Source: Gammaproteobacteria bacterium
Lineage (GTDB): Bacteria; Pseudomonadota; Gammaproteobacteria; GCA-001735895
DNA length: 36,720 nt
Reading direction: 5' to 3'
NCBI GenBank assembly: GCA_029882955.1
Contig: JAOUJX010000001.1
Span: 1 to 36,720, forward strand
The translations under genes and the position numbers were made by a program. The notes beneath the pieces were generated by a model. It saw nothing but the letters and a program-made list of their open reading frames with translations. It had not been told where the DNA came from and searched no databases. Numbering within the stretch: position 1 is the first letter of the stretch; each line of letters starts with the position of its first letter. Below are positions 1 through 9,608 of this stretch, in pieces.

Positions 1-1
1 G

Positions 2-499
2 ACTGCCGGGTTACATTTTGATCAACAACAGATTGAAACATTAAAAGATAAGGGCGTACAGACGGCCAATATCACTTTGCATGTCGGAGCCGGGACCTTT
101 CAGCCGGTTCGGGTTGATAATATTGATGATCATGTAATGCATGCCGAAAAGGTCGAAGTCCCGGCCGATGTTTGCGACTTGATTGAGCAGACAAAATCAG
201 CAGGCAAACGTGTTATTGCAGTCGGGACGACGGTGGTACGCAGCCTGGAAACGGCTGCTCAAAATGATGGAATCGAAGCCTTCTATGGCGATTCACAAAT
301 TTTTATTAAACCCGGCTATGAATTCCGGGTGATCGACGCCATGATTACTAATTTTCATTTACCTAAATCGACGTTATTAATGCTGGTCTCTGCCTTCGCC
401 GGAAGCGATTTGATGCGACGATCCTACCAGCACGCAATTGAGCAGAAATATCGTTTTTTTAGCTACGGCGATGCGATGTTTATATCATCCCGGAATTAA
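2..499 (+). CDS. queA: S-adenosylmethionine:tRNA ribosyltransferase-isomerase QueA, C-terminal part (5' end lies outside window)
   Basis: Frame 2 is open from the window edge ([19 protein letters not shown]...[11 protein letters not shown]...[18 protein letters not shown]...[12 protein letters not shown]), typical of the QueA C-terminal half. tgt follows 9 nt downstream, the canonical queA-tgt order. Confidence 0.93.
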   Translation, partial: TAGLHFDQQQIETLKDKGVQTANITLHVGAGTFQPVRVDNIDDHVMHAEKVEVPADVCDLIEQTKSAGKRVIAVGTTVVRSLETAAQNDGIEAFYGDSQIFIKPGYEFRVIDAMITNFHLPKSTLLMLVSAFAGSDLMRRSYQHAIEQKYRFFSYGDAMFISSRN

Positions 500-1618
<1,119 letters not shown>

Positions 1619-1632
1619 AGATATCTCAGTGA

Positions 1633-2085
1633 TTATTTATTTATCAGGTTTTCCTGGAAAATTGCCTTGTGTACATCGCCAAGGCTGATAATTCCGAGTA
1701 ATTTATCACCATTCGTAACAGGTATCCGACGGATTTTTTTCAGCCACATAATCGATGCTGCCTTGAGTGCCGGTATATCTTCGCTGACTGTTGAGACAGA
1801 TGTCGTCATCAGGTCACCGACTCTTTTGTTCAGGGTGTCCTGATAATTACGCTCCAGTTTTTCAAAATTCTGTGCATTACTCCCTTCGTTCATGACTTCG
1901 CTGATATCCGGGAACATATGCTGAAGAATGTCTTTCTCCGATAGTATCCCTACCAGGCAGTCGTTCTCGTCTACTACGGGTACGCCGGATATCTTATTTA
2001 TGCACATAATCGAGGCGATTTCTTTAACGGCGGTATCTGGTCGGGCCGTTTTAACATTTGTAGTCATAATGTCTTTGACTATCAT
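1633..2085 (-). CDS. CBS-pair domain protein (standalone, about 150 aa)
   Basis: Two CBS repeats (MTTNVKTARPD...ISGVPVVDEN..LVGILSEKDI and MTTSVSTVSED...IRRIPVTNGDKLLGIISLGDV). The preferred start is the ATG at 2085 (MIVKDIM...), preceded by GGGGGA. The ORF-track start at 2124 has no RBS. Confidence 0.85.
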   Translation of the reverse strand: MIVKDIMTTNVKTARPDTAVKEIASIMCINKISGVPVVDENDCLVGILSEKDILQHMFPDISEVMNEGSNAQNFEKLERNYQDTLNKRVGDLMTTSVSTVSEDIPALKAASIMWLKKIRRIPVTNGDKLLGIISLGDVHKAIFQENLINK

Positions 2086-2297
2086 AGCTTTTCCCCCTTG
2101 TTTATATTTTTGATGAACTCCCACTGAAGGTTATAACCAAATAGTATTGCGCTAGTCCAACAAGGATTTTTAATAGATGCCTGAAATTAATTAATGTCTC
2201 TCTTCAGAGTTGGGGTAGTTTTTGGCCTGTGAGATCCGTATTTTTATCAGGCTAGATAGTCTTTACAAGATGTTGAACGATTTAATCCTCACCCACC

Positions 2298-2326
2298 TTG
2301 TGAGAATTGCGCCCTAGTGCCATAAT
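2298..2326 (+). promoter_or_regulatory. candidate sigma-70 promoter for yajC-secDF (TTGTGA-N17-CATAAT)
   Basis: Hexamers read directly at 2298-2303 and 2321-2326 with a 17-nt spacer, about 70 nt upstream of the yajC ATG. Motif match only. Confidence 0.35.
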
Positions 2327-2395
2327 ACGCGCCGCTCAGGGGTGGCTAAAAGGCCTTAAAATCCTTATAAACGACTTAACCAAAGGTAAATATTA

Positions 2396-2725
2396 ATGAG
2401 TTTTTTTATTAACGATGCGATGGCGCAGGGTGCGGGCGGTCAACAGGCAGGGACATTAGAATTAATCCTGCCACTGCTGTTGATGTTCGGTATATTTTAC
2501 TTTCTCCTGATTCGTCCTCAACAAAAGAAGGCCAAGGAACATAAGGGCATGGTCGAAGCGTTGAAAAAAGGTGACGAAATTATCACCAACGGTGGCATCC
2601 TCGCCAAGATTACCGATGTCGACGAGTCTTTTCTGACCTGTAAAATCGCCGAGAATGTTGAAATCAAAGTGCAAAGTCACGCGGTTTCGGCAATTTTACC
2701 CAAAGGCACTATCAAGAAGCTTTAA
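2396..2725 (+). CDS. yajC: preprotein translocase subunit YajC
   Basis: 109 aa with a single TM helix followed by LLIRPQQKKAKEHKGMVEALKKGDEIITNGGI, the YajC signature. Sits immediately upstream of secD. Confidence 0.95.
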   Translation: MSFFINDAMAQGAGGQQAGTLELILPLLLMFGIFYFLLIRPQQKKAKEHKGMVEALKKGDEIITNGGILAKITDVDESFLTCKIAENVEIKVQSHAVSAILPKGTIKKL

Positions 2726-2730
2726 TCCCT

Positions 2731-4599
2731 ATGGTTAATCATTACGCTCCATGGAAGTACGCACTTCTAATTCTGGTGATATTGCTCGGCCTGGTTTATG
2801 CCGCACCTAACTTATATGGTGAAGATCCGGCAGTGCAGATATCGCACCGGGTCAATCTTATTGATGAGGCCGAACTCGAGCAAATAAAAAGCCTGCTCGA
2901 AAACGAAAATATCGAGTACCGCTCGGCCGCGCTAGAGACTGGCAATATCCTGATTCGGTTCGAAAATACCGAGCAACAGCTAAAGGCGGCCTCACAAATA
3001 GGCGATATTTTACGCGAATCTGACCGACGCTATGGAGTTGCCCTGAACCTGGCTCCGGCGACCCCGGACTGGCTGGCTGGTTTAAACGCATTACCAATGT
3101 ATCTCGGACTCGATCTTCGCGGTGGTGTGCATTTCCTGATGGAAGTGGATATGGAGTCGGCCATAGATAAAGCCCTGCAACGCTCGGAAAGCGAACTTCG
3201 CAGCTTTATGCGTGGCGAAAAGATACGTTACAAGACTGTGCAAAGCAGTGGTCGTACTATTAAAGTGCGTTTTGCACAGGCTGAAGATCGCGATGCAGCC
3301 CGAGTGATGCTGGAAAATGAGTACCGCGATTTTATCTTCGTCGATAGTAGCGACGACCGCAGCTGGTTCATAGAGATAAGTTTCAGCGAGACTGCGCTGG
3401 AAGAAGAAAAGCGTTCGGCGATCCAGCAAAATATCTCTACTCTAAAAAATCGCGTTGATGAGCTTGGTGTGGCTGAACCAGTAATTCAACGTCAGGGTGA
3501 CAGCCGCGTAGTGGTGCAATTGCCCGGTGTGCAGGATACGATTAAAGCGAAAAGAATTCTTGGCAAGACGGCTACACTCGAGTTTCGGTTAGTCTATGGC
3601 AGCTTCACCGATTGGAGTGCTGCTCAGTCTTCCGGCAAGGCTCCTGTGGGTGCCAGGTTATACAAACAAAGTGACGGTAGCCCAGTTCTGTTAAAGCGAA
3701 GTGTTATCGCTAGTGGTGACGAGGTTGTTGGTGCAGTTTCGGGGTTCGATCAGCAAGATGGCAGACCAAACGTTAGGATTACGATGAATGCCAAGGGCGC
3801 TGATCGCATGAGTGACATCACTCGGGATAATATTGGTAAGCCCATGGCGGTTTTGTTTATCGAGGACAATTATGAATTTCGCGAAGTAGATGGTGAAAAA
3901 AAGGCGATCAGAAAAACAGATTATCGTGTAATCAGCGTTGCAACTATTCAGGATCAGCTGAGTAAACAGTTTAATATCACTGGTCTGGATAGTACGCGAG
4001 AGGCAGCCGATCTGGCCTTATTATTACGTGCTGGTGCACTGCGCGCACCCATGGTAATTGTCGAAGAAAGAACTGTGGGCCCGAGCATGGGTAAAGACAA
4101 TATCAAAAAGGGTTTCAAGTCTGTAGTTATCGGATTTATTGCCGTGTTAATTTTTATGGCAATTTATTACCGGGTATTCGGAATGGTGGCCAATATCGCA
4201 CTGACCCTGAACCTGGTATTACTGATATCGGTGCTTTCGATTTTACAGGCCACCTTAACTCTGCCGGGAATTGCCGGTATTGTGCTCACGGTGGGTATGG
4301 CGGTCGATGCCAACGTATTGATTTTTGAGCGTATCCGTGAGGAACTTCGACTCGGTAATTCGCCCCAGGCGTCTATTTATGCCGGTTATGAAAAGGCGTT
4401 TGGCACAATCCTCGATGCTAATATTACGACATTTATTGCTGCTATTGTATTGTATGGTTTTGGCACTGGTCCGATTAAGGGCTTCGCGGTAACCCTGTCT
4501 ATCGGTATCGTCACCTCTATGGTCACTGCTATTTTTGGTACGCGAGCTATTATCAATTTGATCTATGGCCGTAAGACGGTCAAACAACTGGCGATTTAA
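2731..4599 (+). CDS. secD: protein translocase subunit SecD
   Basis: 622 aa. N-terminal TM, large periplasmic domain with GLDLRGGVHF, and a C-terminal 5-6 TM bundle (AGIAGIVLTVGMAVDANVLIFERIREE). Confidence 0.97.
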   Translation: MVNHYAPWKYALLILVILLGLVYAAPNLYGEDPAVQISHRVNLIDEAELEQIKSLLENENIEYRSAALETGNILIRFENTEQQLKAASQIGDILRESDRRYGVALNLAPATPDWLAGLNALPMYLGLDLRGGVHFLMEVDMESAIDKALQRSESELRSFMRGEKIRYKTVQSSGRTIKVRFAQAEDRDAARVMLENEYRDFIFVDSSDDRSWFIEISFSETALEEEKRSAIQQNISTLKNRVDELGVAEPVIQRQGDSRVVVQLPGVQDTIKAKRILGKTATLEFRLVYGSFTDWSAAQSSGKAPVGARLYKQSDGSPVLLKRSVIASGDEVVGAVSGFDQQDGRPNVRITMNAKGADRMSDITRDNIGKPMAVLFIEDNYEFREVDGEKKAIRKTDYRVISVATIQDQLSKQFNITGLDSTREAADLALLLRAGALRAPMVIVEERTVGPSMGKDNIKKGFKSVVIGFIAVLIFMAIYYRVFGMVANIALTLNLVLLISVLSILQATLTLPGIAGIVLTVGMAVDANVLIFERIREELRLGNSPQASIYAGYEKAFGTILDANITTFIAAIVLYGFGTGPIKGFAVTLSIGIVTSMVTAIFGTRAIINLIYGRKTVKQLAI

Positions 4600-4604
4600 T
4601 CATT

Positions 4605-5537
4605 ATGTTTACTCTGATTGATAAAAATTTCGACTTCATGGGACTACGTAAAGCGGCGATGATGGTATCGCTCGTTTTAATCGTTATATCTATAGGAAGC
4701 CTGGCTACACAAAAGCTTAATTTTGGTATAGATTTTACCGGTGGCAGTGTCATCGAAATTGGCTATGACGAAGCGGTAGATTTGCAGCCGATTCGCAAGG
4801 TGCTCGAATCCCAGGGCTTTGATGACGCCGTGGTTCAGCATTTTGGTAGTGCCAAAGAAGTTTTAATCCGGCTCGTTCCTCGTGAAGGACAGGATAAGGC
4901 CGAATTGAGTACCCAGATTATTTTGGCCCTGGAAAGCGCTAGTAGTCATAGCTTCGACGTTCGTCGTGTTGATTTTGTCGGCCCTCAGGTTGGTGAGGAA
5001 TTGACCGAGGACGGCGGATTGGCTGTGCTTTACGCGTTGATCGCAATCTTTATTTATATATTCTTTCGTTTTGAATATCGATTTTCAATCGGGGCGGTAG
5101 CCGCATTGATCCACGACGTGACGATCACGCTGGGAGTTTTTTCGATCCTGCAACTCGACTTCGATCTTAGCGTGCTGGCGGCGTTGCTCGCAGTCATCGG
5201 TTATTCGCTAAACGATACCATCGTGGTATTCGACCGGATTCGCGAAAATTTCCGCAAGATTCGCAAAAAAACGTCGCTGGAAATTACCAATGCTTCGATT
5301 AACCAGACAATCTCCCGTACCTTAATGACCTCGTTAACCACCCTGCTGGTGCTGACTTCATTGTTCTTCCTGGGTGGCGAAGTTATCCATGCTTTCTCGT
5401 TGGCATTGATAATCGGTGTTCTAGTTGGTACCTATTCGTCGATTTATGTAGCCACCACGGCGGCGTTAGCACTGGGTATTGACCGGACTGATTTACTGGT
5501 TCCAGAACCCGATAGCGAAGAGCTTTCGAGACCCTAG
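4605..5537 (+). CDS. secF: protein translocase subunit SecF
   Basis: 310 aa. Motifs GIDFTGGS and IGYSLNDTIVVFDRIREN. Starts 5 nt after secD. Confidence 0.97.
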   Translation: MFTLIDKNFDFMGLRKAAMMVSLVLIVISIGSLATQKLNFGIDFTGGSVIEIGYDEAVDLQPIRKVLESQGFDDAVVQHFGSAKEVLIRLVPREGQDKAELSTQIILALESASSHSFDVRRVDFVGPQVGEELTEDGGLAVLYALIAIFIYIFFRFEYRFSIGAVAALIHDVTITLGVFSILQLDFDLSVLAALLAVIGYSLNDTIVVFDRIRENFRKIRKKTSLEITNASINQTISRTLMTSLTTLLVLTSLFFLGGEVIHAFSLALIIGVLVGTYSSIYVATTAALALGIDRTDLLVPEPDSEELSRP

Positions 5538-5577
5538 CAAAAGACCCTGGCAGTGACTATTTTTGAGGAGGTAGGAC

Positions 5578-5826
5578 ATGCATCTGGACTCTGAATTAAT
5601 CGAAGAACTTAATCTTTTATCACGTTATCGGTTGAGCTCTTCGCCGGGAGGTATCGAAATAGGCCAGGCTGTCGAGCCCGCAGTGGCGGCGGCTGCGCAA
5701 CGATTGTTCGACAAGGGTATTATCGAACGGGCCGATGGTGGTATGTTGACCGATAACGGTCGCGAGGCTGTCGAACATTTGACGCGGCTTTTTAATCAGC
5801 TCTCTCCACCGTTAGAACCAATTTAG
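5578..5826 (+). CDS. small conserved-looking hypothetical protein (82 aa, acidic, no TM or signal peptide)
   Basis: ATG preceded by GAGGAGG. It follows secF, where several gammaproteobacteria carry a small protein of unknown function; family membership could not be verified here. Confidence 0.55.
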   Translation: MHLDSELIEELNLLSRYRLSSSPGGIEIGQAVEPAVAAAAQRLFDKGIIERADGGMLTDNGREAVEHLTRLFNQLSPPLEPI

Positions 5827-5897
5827 TTAATTCGATCCGGGAAGTAATTTTCCGCTACTGGAAACAGTTTGCCGCTATTTCCGCCTCAGATAACTCC

Positions 5898-5929
5898 GGT
5901 GTCGGAGTTTTAAGCCTGACCCCGACACC
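5898..5929 (+). terminator. stem-loop downstream of the 82-aa ORF (GGTGTCGG-N16-CCGACACC), no T-tract
   Basis: 8-bp perfect inverted repeat read directly. The lack of a U-run makes intrinsic-terminator function uncertain. Confidence 0.3.
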
Positions 5930-5962
5930 ACTCTAGCCTGATTTAAAGCCACTATTTATTTC

Positions 5963-5978
5963 TGGCACGCTCCCTGCA
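5963..5978 (+). promoter_or_regulatory. sigma-54 (RpoN) promoter for flgG operon: TGGCAC-GCTCC-CTGCA
   Basis: Matches the -24/-12 consensus TGGCAC-N5-TTGCW at 15 of 16 specified positions with exact GG/GC spacing. Lies 38 nt upstream of the flgG ATG. Polar flagellar rod and ring operons in Vibrio and Pseudomonas are RpoN-dependent. Confidence 0.7.
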
Positions 5979-6015
5979 TAGTGAACTCTATCAAGATCAA
6001 TGATGGAGAGTCATA

Positions 6016-6801
6016 ATGAATCAGGCCCTATGGGTAGCCAAGACCGGACTGGACGCGCAGCAAACGCGCCTGTCGGTTATTTCGAATAATCTGGCCAACG
6101 TCAGTACCACTGGTTACAAGCAGTCCCGAGCCGTCTTCGAAGACCTGCTCTATCAAAACTTACGCCAGGTGGGCGGCCAGACCTCTCAGGACACCCGCTT
6201 ACCCTCAGGCCTTTCTCTGGGTACTGGTTCCAGGGTAGTCGCCACCGAAAAGCTCCATACCCAGGGTAATATCGAGACCACCGGCAATTCACTCGACGTG
6301 GCTATCGACGGTAAGGGGTTTTTCCCCATTATTCTGCCCGATGGCACCGAGGGTTATACCCGAGATGGCAGCTTCATGCTCTCCGATCAGGGCACGATGG
6401 TAACCGCCAGTGGTTACACCCTTCAGCCCGGTATTAATATTCCCGCAGATGCCCAGTCAATCACGATTGGTAGGGATGGTATTGTCAGCGCGTCTTTAAT
6501 CGGTCAGGCGGCGCCAGTGGTCGTCGGCAACCTGCAAACGGTCAATTTTATTAATCCAACCGGACTTCAGCCAATCGGTGAGAACTTGTTCGTTGAATCT
6601 GCTGCCAGTGGTGGCCCGCAGGCAGGTACACCCGGTCAAAACGGACTGGGTCGATTACGCCAGGGCGGCCTGGAAGCCTCGAACGTTAATATCGTCGAGG
6701 AAATGGTGGGCATGATTGAAACGCAACGTGCCTATGAAATGAACTCGAAGTTGATTTCTACCGCTGACGGCATGATGCAGTTCCTTAATAACAATACATA
6801 A
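6016..6801 (+). CDS. flgG: flagellar basal-body distal rod protein FlgG
   Basis: 261 aa. N-terminus [43 protein letters not shown] and C-terminus [19 protein letters not shown] are near-canonical FlgG. Confidence 0.96.
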   Translation: MNQALWVAKTGLDAQQTRLSVISNNLANVSTTGYKQSRAVFEDLLYQNLRQVGGQTSQDTRLPSGLSLGTGSRVVATEKLHTQGNIETTGNSLDVAIDGKGFFPIILPDGTEGYTRDGSFMLSDQGTMVTASGYTLQPGINIPADAQSITIGRDGIVSASLIGQAAPVVVGNLQTVNFINPTGLQPIGENLFVESAASGGPQAGTPGQNGLGRLRQGGLEASNVNIVEEMVGMIETQRAYEMNSKLISTADGMMQFLNNNT

Positions 6802-6830
6802 GTGAATTGAATTTCCCAGGGTATAACATC

Positions 6831-7517
6831 ATGTATTTAATACCAAAATTGCTCATTACCGGTCTCGTTCTAGGACTCTTGAATGCCTGTTCTGCGACTC
6901 GAATGGAGATTTTACCTGACCCGCAGTACGCGCCGGTCGATATGAGAACCCAGCAGTTTCAGGCTCCCACTAACGGTTCGATTTTTCAGGCTGGTCGTTC
7001 GGTTCGGTTGTTCGAAGATAACAAAGCCTTTCGTGTTGGTGATCTGTTAAGTATCACACTGTCGGAATCTACCAATGCATCAAAATCGGCGGCAACTAAT
7101 ACCGGCAAGGACGATGAACTCGGTCTGAGTGCTACGGCAATCCTGGGTGTATTGCCGACTTATAAAGGCAATTCATTGCTCGAAAATTCGCTGAGTGGTG
7201 AACGGAGCTTCTCCGGCAGTGGTGATAGCGCGCAGAGTAATAGTCTGAACGGAGAGATATCCGCCATGGTCACCGATATCCTGCCTAACGGTACGCTTGT
7301 GGTTCGAGGTGAAAAGATTATCGGACTCAATCAGGGGTCGGAGTTTATACGGTTATCAGGACTGGTACGTCCTCAGGATGTCAGCGCCGATAATATCGTT
7401 CTGTCCACCAAGCTGGCGAATTCACGCATTTACTACGGTGGTGGTGGTGTGATTGCCGAAGCTAATACCAGGGGCTGGTTAAGCCGCTTCTTCGATAGCC
7501 CTGTATTCCCCTTTTAG
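6831..7517 (+). CDS. flgH: flagellar L-ring lipoprotein FlgH
   Basis: Lipobox LLNAC and motif VGDLLSITLSESTNASKSA. The ATG at 6831 (MYLIPKLL...) is preferred over the TTG at 6807 from the ORF track. Confidence 0.93.
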   Translation: MYLIPKLLITGLVLGLLNACSATRMEILPDPQYAPVDMRTQQFQAPTNGSIFQAGRSVRLFEDNKAFRVGDLLSITLSESTNASKSAATNTGKDDELGLSATAILGVLPTYKGNSLLENSLSGERSFSGSGDSAQSNSLNGEISAMVTDILPNGTLVVRGEKIIGLNQGSEFIRLSGLVRPQDVSADNIVLSTKLANSRIYYGGGGVIAEANTRGWLSRFFDSPVFPF

Positions 7518-7526
7518 GAGATAGTG

Positions 7527-8630
7527 ATGAATTACATAAAGCTAGGTATATTACTGATTTTAATGCTCTTTCAGGGTGGTGCATGGGCAGAGAGAATTAA
7601 GGACATTACCACCATTCAGGGCGTTCGTAGCAACCAGCTAGTGGGTTATGGCCTGGTGGTAGGCCTCGATGGATCGGGTGATCAGACTTCTCAGACTCCT
7701 TTTACCGTGCAAAGCTTGAAGAGCATGTTGCTGCAATATGGAGTTACCCTGCCGCCCGGTGTGAACCCGCAGGTTAAGAATATAGCCGCAGTTACGGTAC
7801 ACGCCGAATTGCCGCCTTTTGCCAAGATCGGCCAGACCATCGATATCACTGTGTCATCACTCGGCAACGCCAAGAGCCTGCGCGGTGGCAGTTTGATCAT
7901 GACGCCGCTCAAAGGTGTTGATGGCAATATCTATGCAATCGCACAGGGTAACCTGGTCGTTGGTGGCCTGGGTGTCGAAGGCGCCGACGGTTCTTCGGTT
8001 ACGATCAATGTACCTAGCGTCGGCCGTATCCCCAATGGCGCCAGTATTGAACGTGAGATCGCCAATCCATTCGCACACGGAAACCATGTCGTTCTCAATT
8101 TACGGCGCCCCGATTTCACCACGGCAAAGCGACTTGCCGATACGATTAACCATATCATCGGTCCCAACAATGCTTTTGCCAAAGACAGCGTGACCGTCTC
8201 GGTGAATGCGCCGAAAGACGTGTCACAGAGAGTTGGCTTCGTGTCTTTTCTGGAGAATCTGGAATTTCAACCGGGCGAGGCCGCAGCAAAGGTCATTGTT
8301 AATTCACGCTCAGGCACCGTGGTGATAGGTAATCACGTCAAGGTGTACTCGGCTGCTGTTTCGCATGGCAATTTAAGCGTCACTATTACTAACATCGTCG
8401 ATGTGGTGCAGCCGGAACCCTTAAGTGGCGGCACTACGGCACAAATTGTACAGTCAGATATCGAAGTGACTGCGGATGATAATCGTATGTTCCGTTTCCC
8501 GCAGGGCGTGACCTTGAGCGAAATTGTCCGCGCGGTCAACCAGGTTGGTGCATCACCAGGCGATTTAGTCGCTATTTTAGAGTCACTAAAGCAAGTTGGC
8601 GCGTTAAGTGCAGAGCTAATTGTTATTTAA
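7527..8630 (+). CDS. flgI: flagellar P-ring protein FlgI
   Basis: Signal peptide ending GGAWA, then [36 protein letters not shown] lies 6 nt upstream of the ATG at 7527; the GTG at 7524 is too close to the RBS. Confidence 0.95.
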   Translation: MNYIKLGILLILMLFQGGAWAERIKDITTIQGVRSNQLVGYGLVVGLDGSGDQTSQTPFTVQSLKSMLLQYGVTLPPGVNPQVKNIAAVTVHAELPPFAKIGQTIDITVSSLGNAKSLRGGSLIMTPLKGVDGNIYAIAQGNLVVGGLGVEGADGSSVTINVPSVGRIPNGASIEREIANPFAHGNHVVLNLRRPDFTTAKRLADTINHIIGPNNAFAKDSVTVSVNAPKDVSQRVGFVSFLENLEFQPGEAAAKVIVNSRSGTVVIGNHVKVYSAAVSHGNLSVTITNIVDVVQPEPLSGGTTAQIVQSDIEVTADDNRMFRFPQGVTLSEIVRAVNQVGASPGDLVAILESLKQVGALSAELIVI

Positions 8631-8645
8631 GGCGGAATACTCGTA

Positions 8646-9608
8646 ATGGCAATTTCCTCGCAAACCGATTTTTATCTGAATCTCAATCAGCTTTCCGAAA
8701 TGAAGCTGGGTGCCAGGCAGAATTCGGCTGCTGCCAGTGAATCTGTCGCGCAACAGTTCGAGAGCCTGTTTATACAGCAAATGCTTGCTACGATGCGCTC
8801 TGCAGCGGTAATTGATGACTCGAGTCATAGCTCCTATACCGACTTTTATCAGGAAATGCACGACAAGCAACTGGCTTTGACCATAGCTAAACAGGGCGGA
8901 CTCGGCATGACCAAATTTATCATGCAGCAATTACCAGGTGGGCAAGCTGTTTCCGGCAAGGGCGGTGACGACTTGCCGCTGCATCAGTGGCAGGAAGTAG
9001 AGAAGAAGCCGATGATTGGAGAAATGAATTACGAGCCTGAAAATCCGGCTGTCCTGGTGAATCAATTTGTTCATCACGATATTGATACCGAATTAAAAGC
9101 CAGTGAAAAAGGCGAGTGGAATCGAGCTGACGAATTTGTCGGCGATATTTTGCCCGCAGCGCGAAAGGCAGCCCAATCACTCGGAGTCAGCGCTGAACTA
9201 CTGGTCGCACAATCGGCGCTGGAAACCGGTTGGGGTAAGCATGTTATGCGTCATGCCGATGGTAGCTCGGCATTTAACCTGTTCGGCATCAAGGCCGGTA
9301 ATGGTTGGCAGGGTGCCACGGTAACCAAACCAACACTGGAATTTCGCGATGGTGTCATGCAAACCGAGATCGCTCATTTCCGGGCCTACGACTCGGCTGG
9401 GGAATCCCTGGCCGATTATGTGCAATTTATTCAGTCTAGCTCGCGTTATCAAAAAGCGCTCGATCATGGTGGGCAGGATGCTGATTACCTGAAAGGGATT
9501 CATAAAGCAGGTTATGCCACCGATCCGGATTACGCCGACAAGATACTGTCGATTATGCAGGGTGCTCAATTGCAGCAAATCCTGAATGGAGGTACTTTAA
9601 ATGCCTGA
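8646..9608 (+). CDS. flgJ: flagellar rod-assembly protein / peptidoglycan hydrolase FlgJ
   Basis: N-terminal rod-binding motif FESLFIQQMLATMRSA. C-terminal glucosaminidase domain LVAQSALETGWGKH...AGYATDPDYADK. Confidence 0.93.
   Translation: MAISSQTDFYLNLNQLSEMKLGARQNSAAASESVAQQFESLFIQQMLATMRSAAVIDDSSHSSYTDFYQEMHDKQLALTIAKQGGLGMTKFIMQQLPGGQAVSGKGGDDLPLHQWQEVEKKPMIGEMNYEPENPAVLVNQFVHHDIDTELKASEKGEWNRADEFVGDILPAARKAAQSLGVSAELLVAQSALETGWGKHVMRHADGSSAFNLFGIKAGNGWQGATVTKPTLEFRDGVMQTEIAHFRAYDSAGESLADYVQFIQSSSRYQKALDHGGQDADYLKGIHKAGYATDPDYADKILSIMQGAQLQQILNGGTLNA

Noticed and set aside
5578-6015. Possibility that the 82-aa ORF or the following spacer is a remnant of flgF
   Set aside because: The translation lacks the conserved rod-protein N-terminal (…LANxxTxGFK…) and C-terminal motifs. 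The spacer has no extended open frame resembling rod proteins in any frame that I could read.
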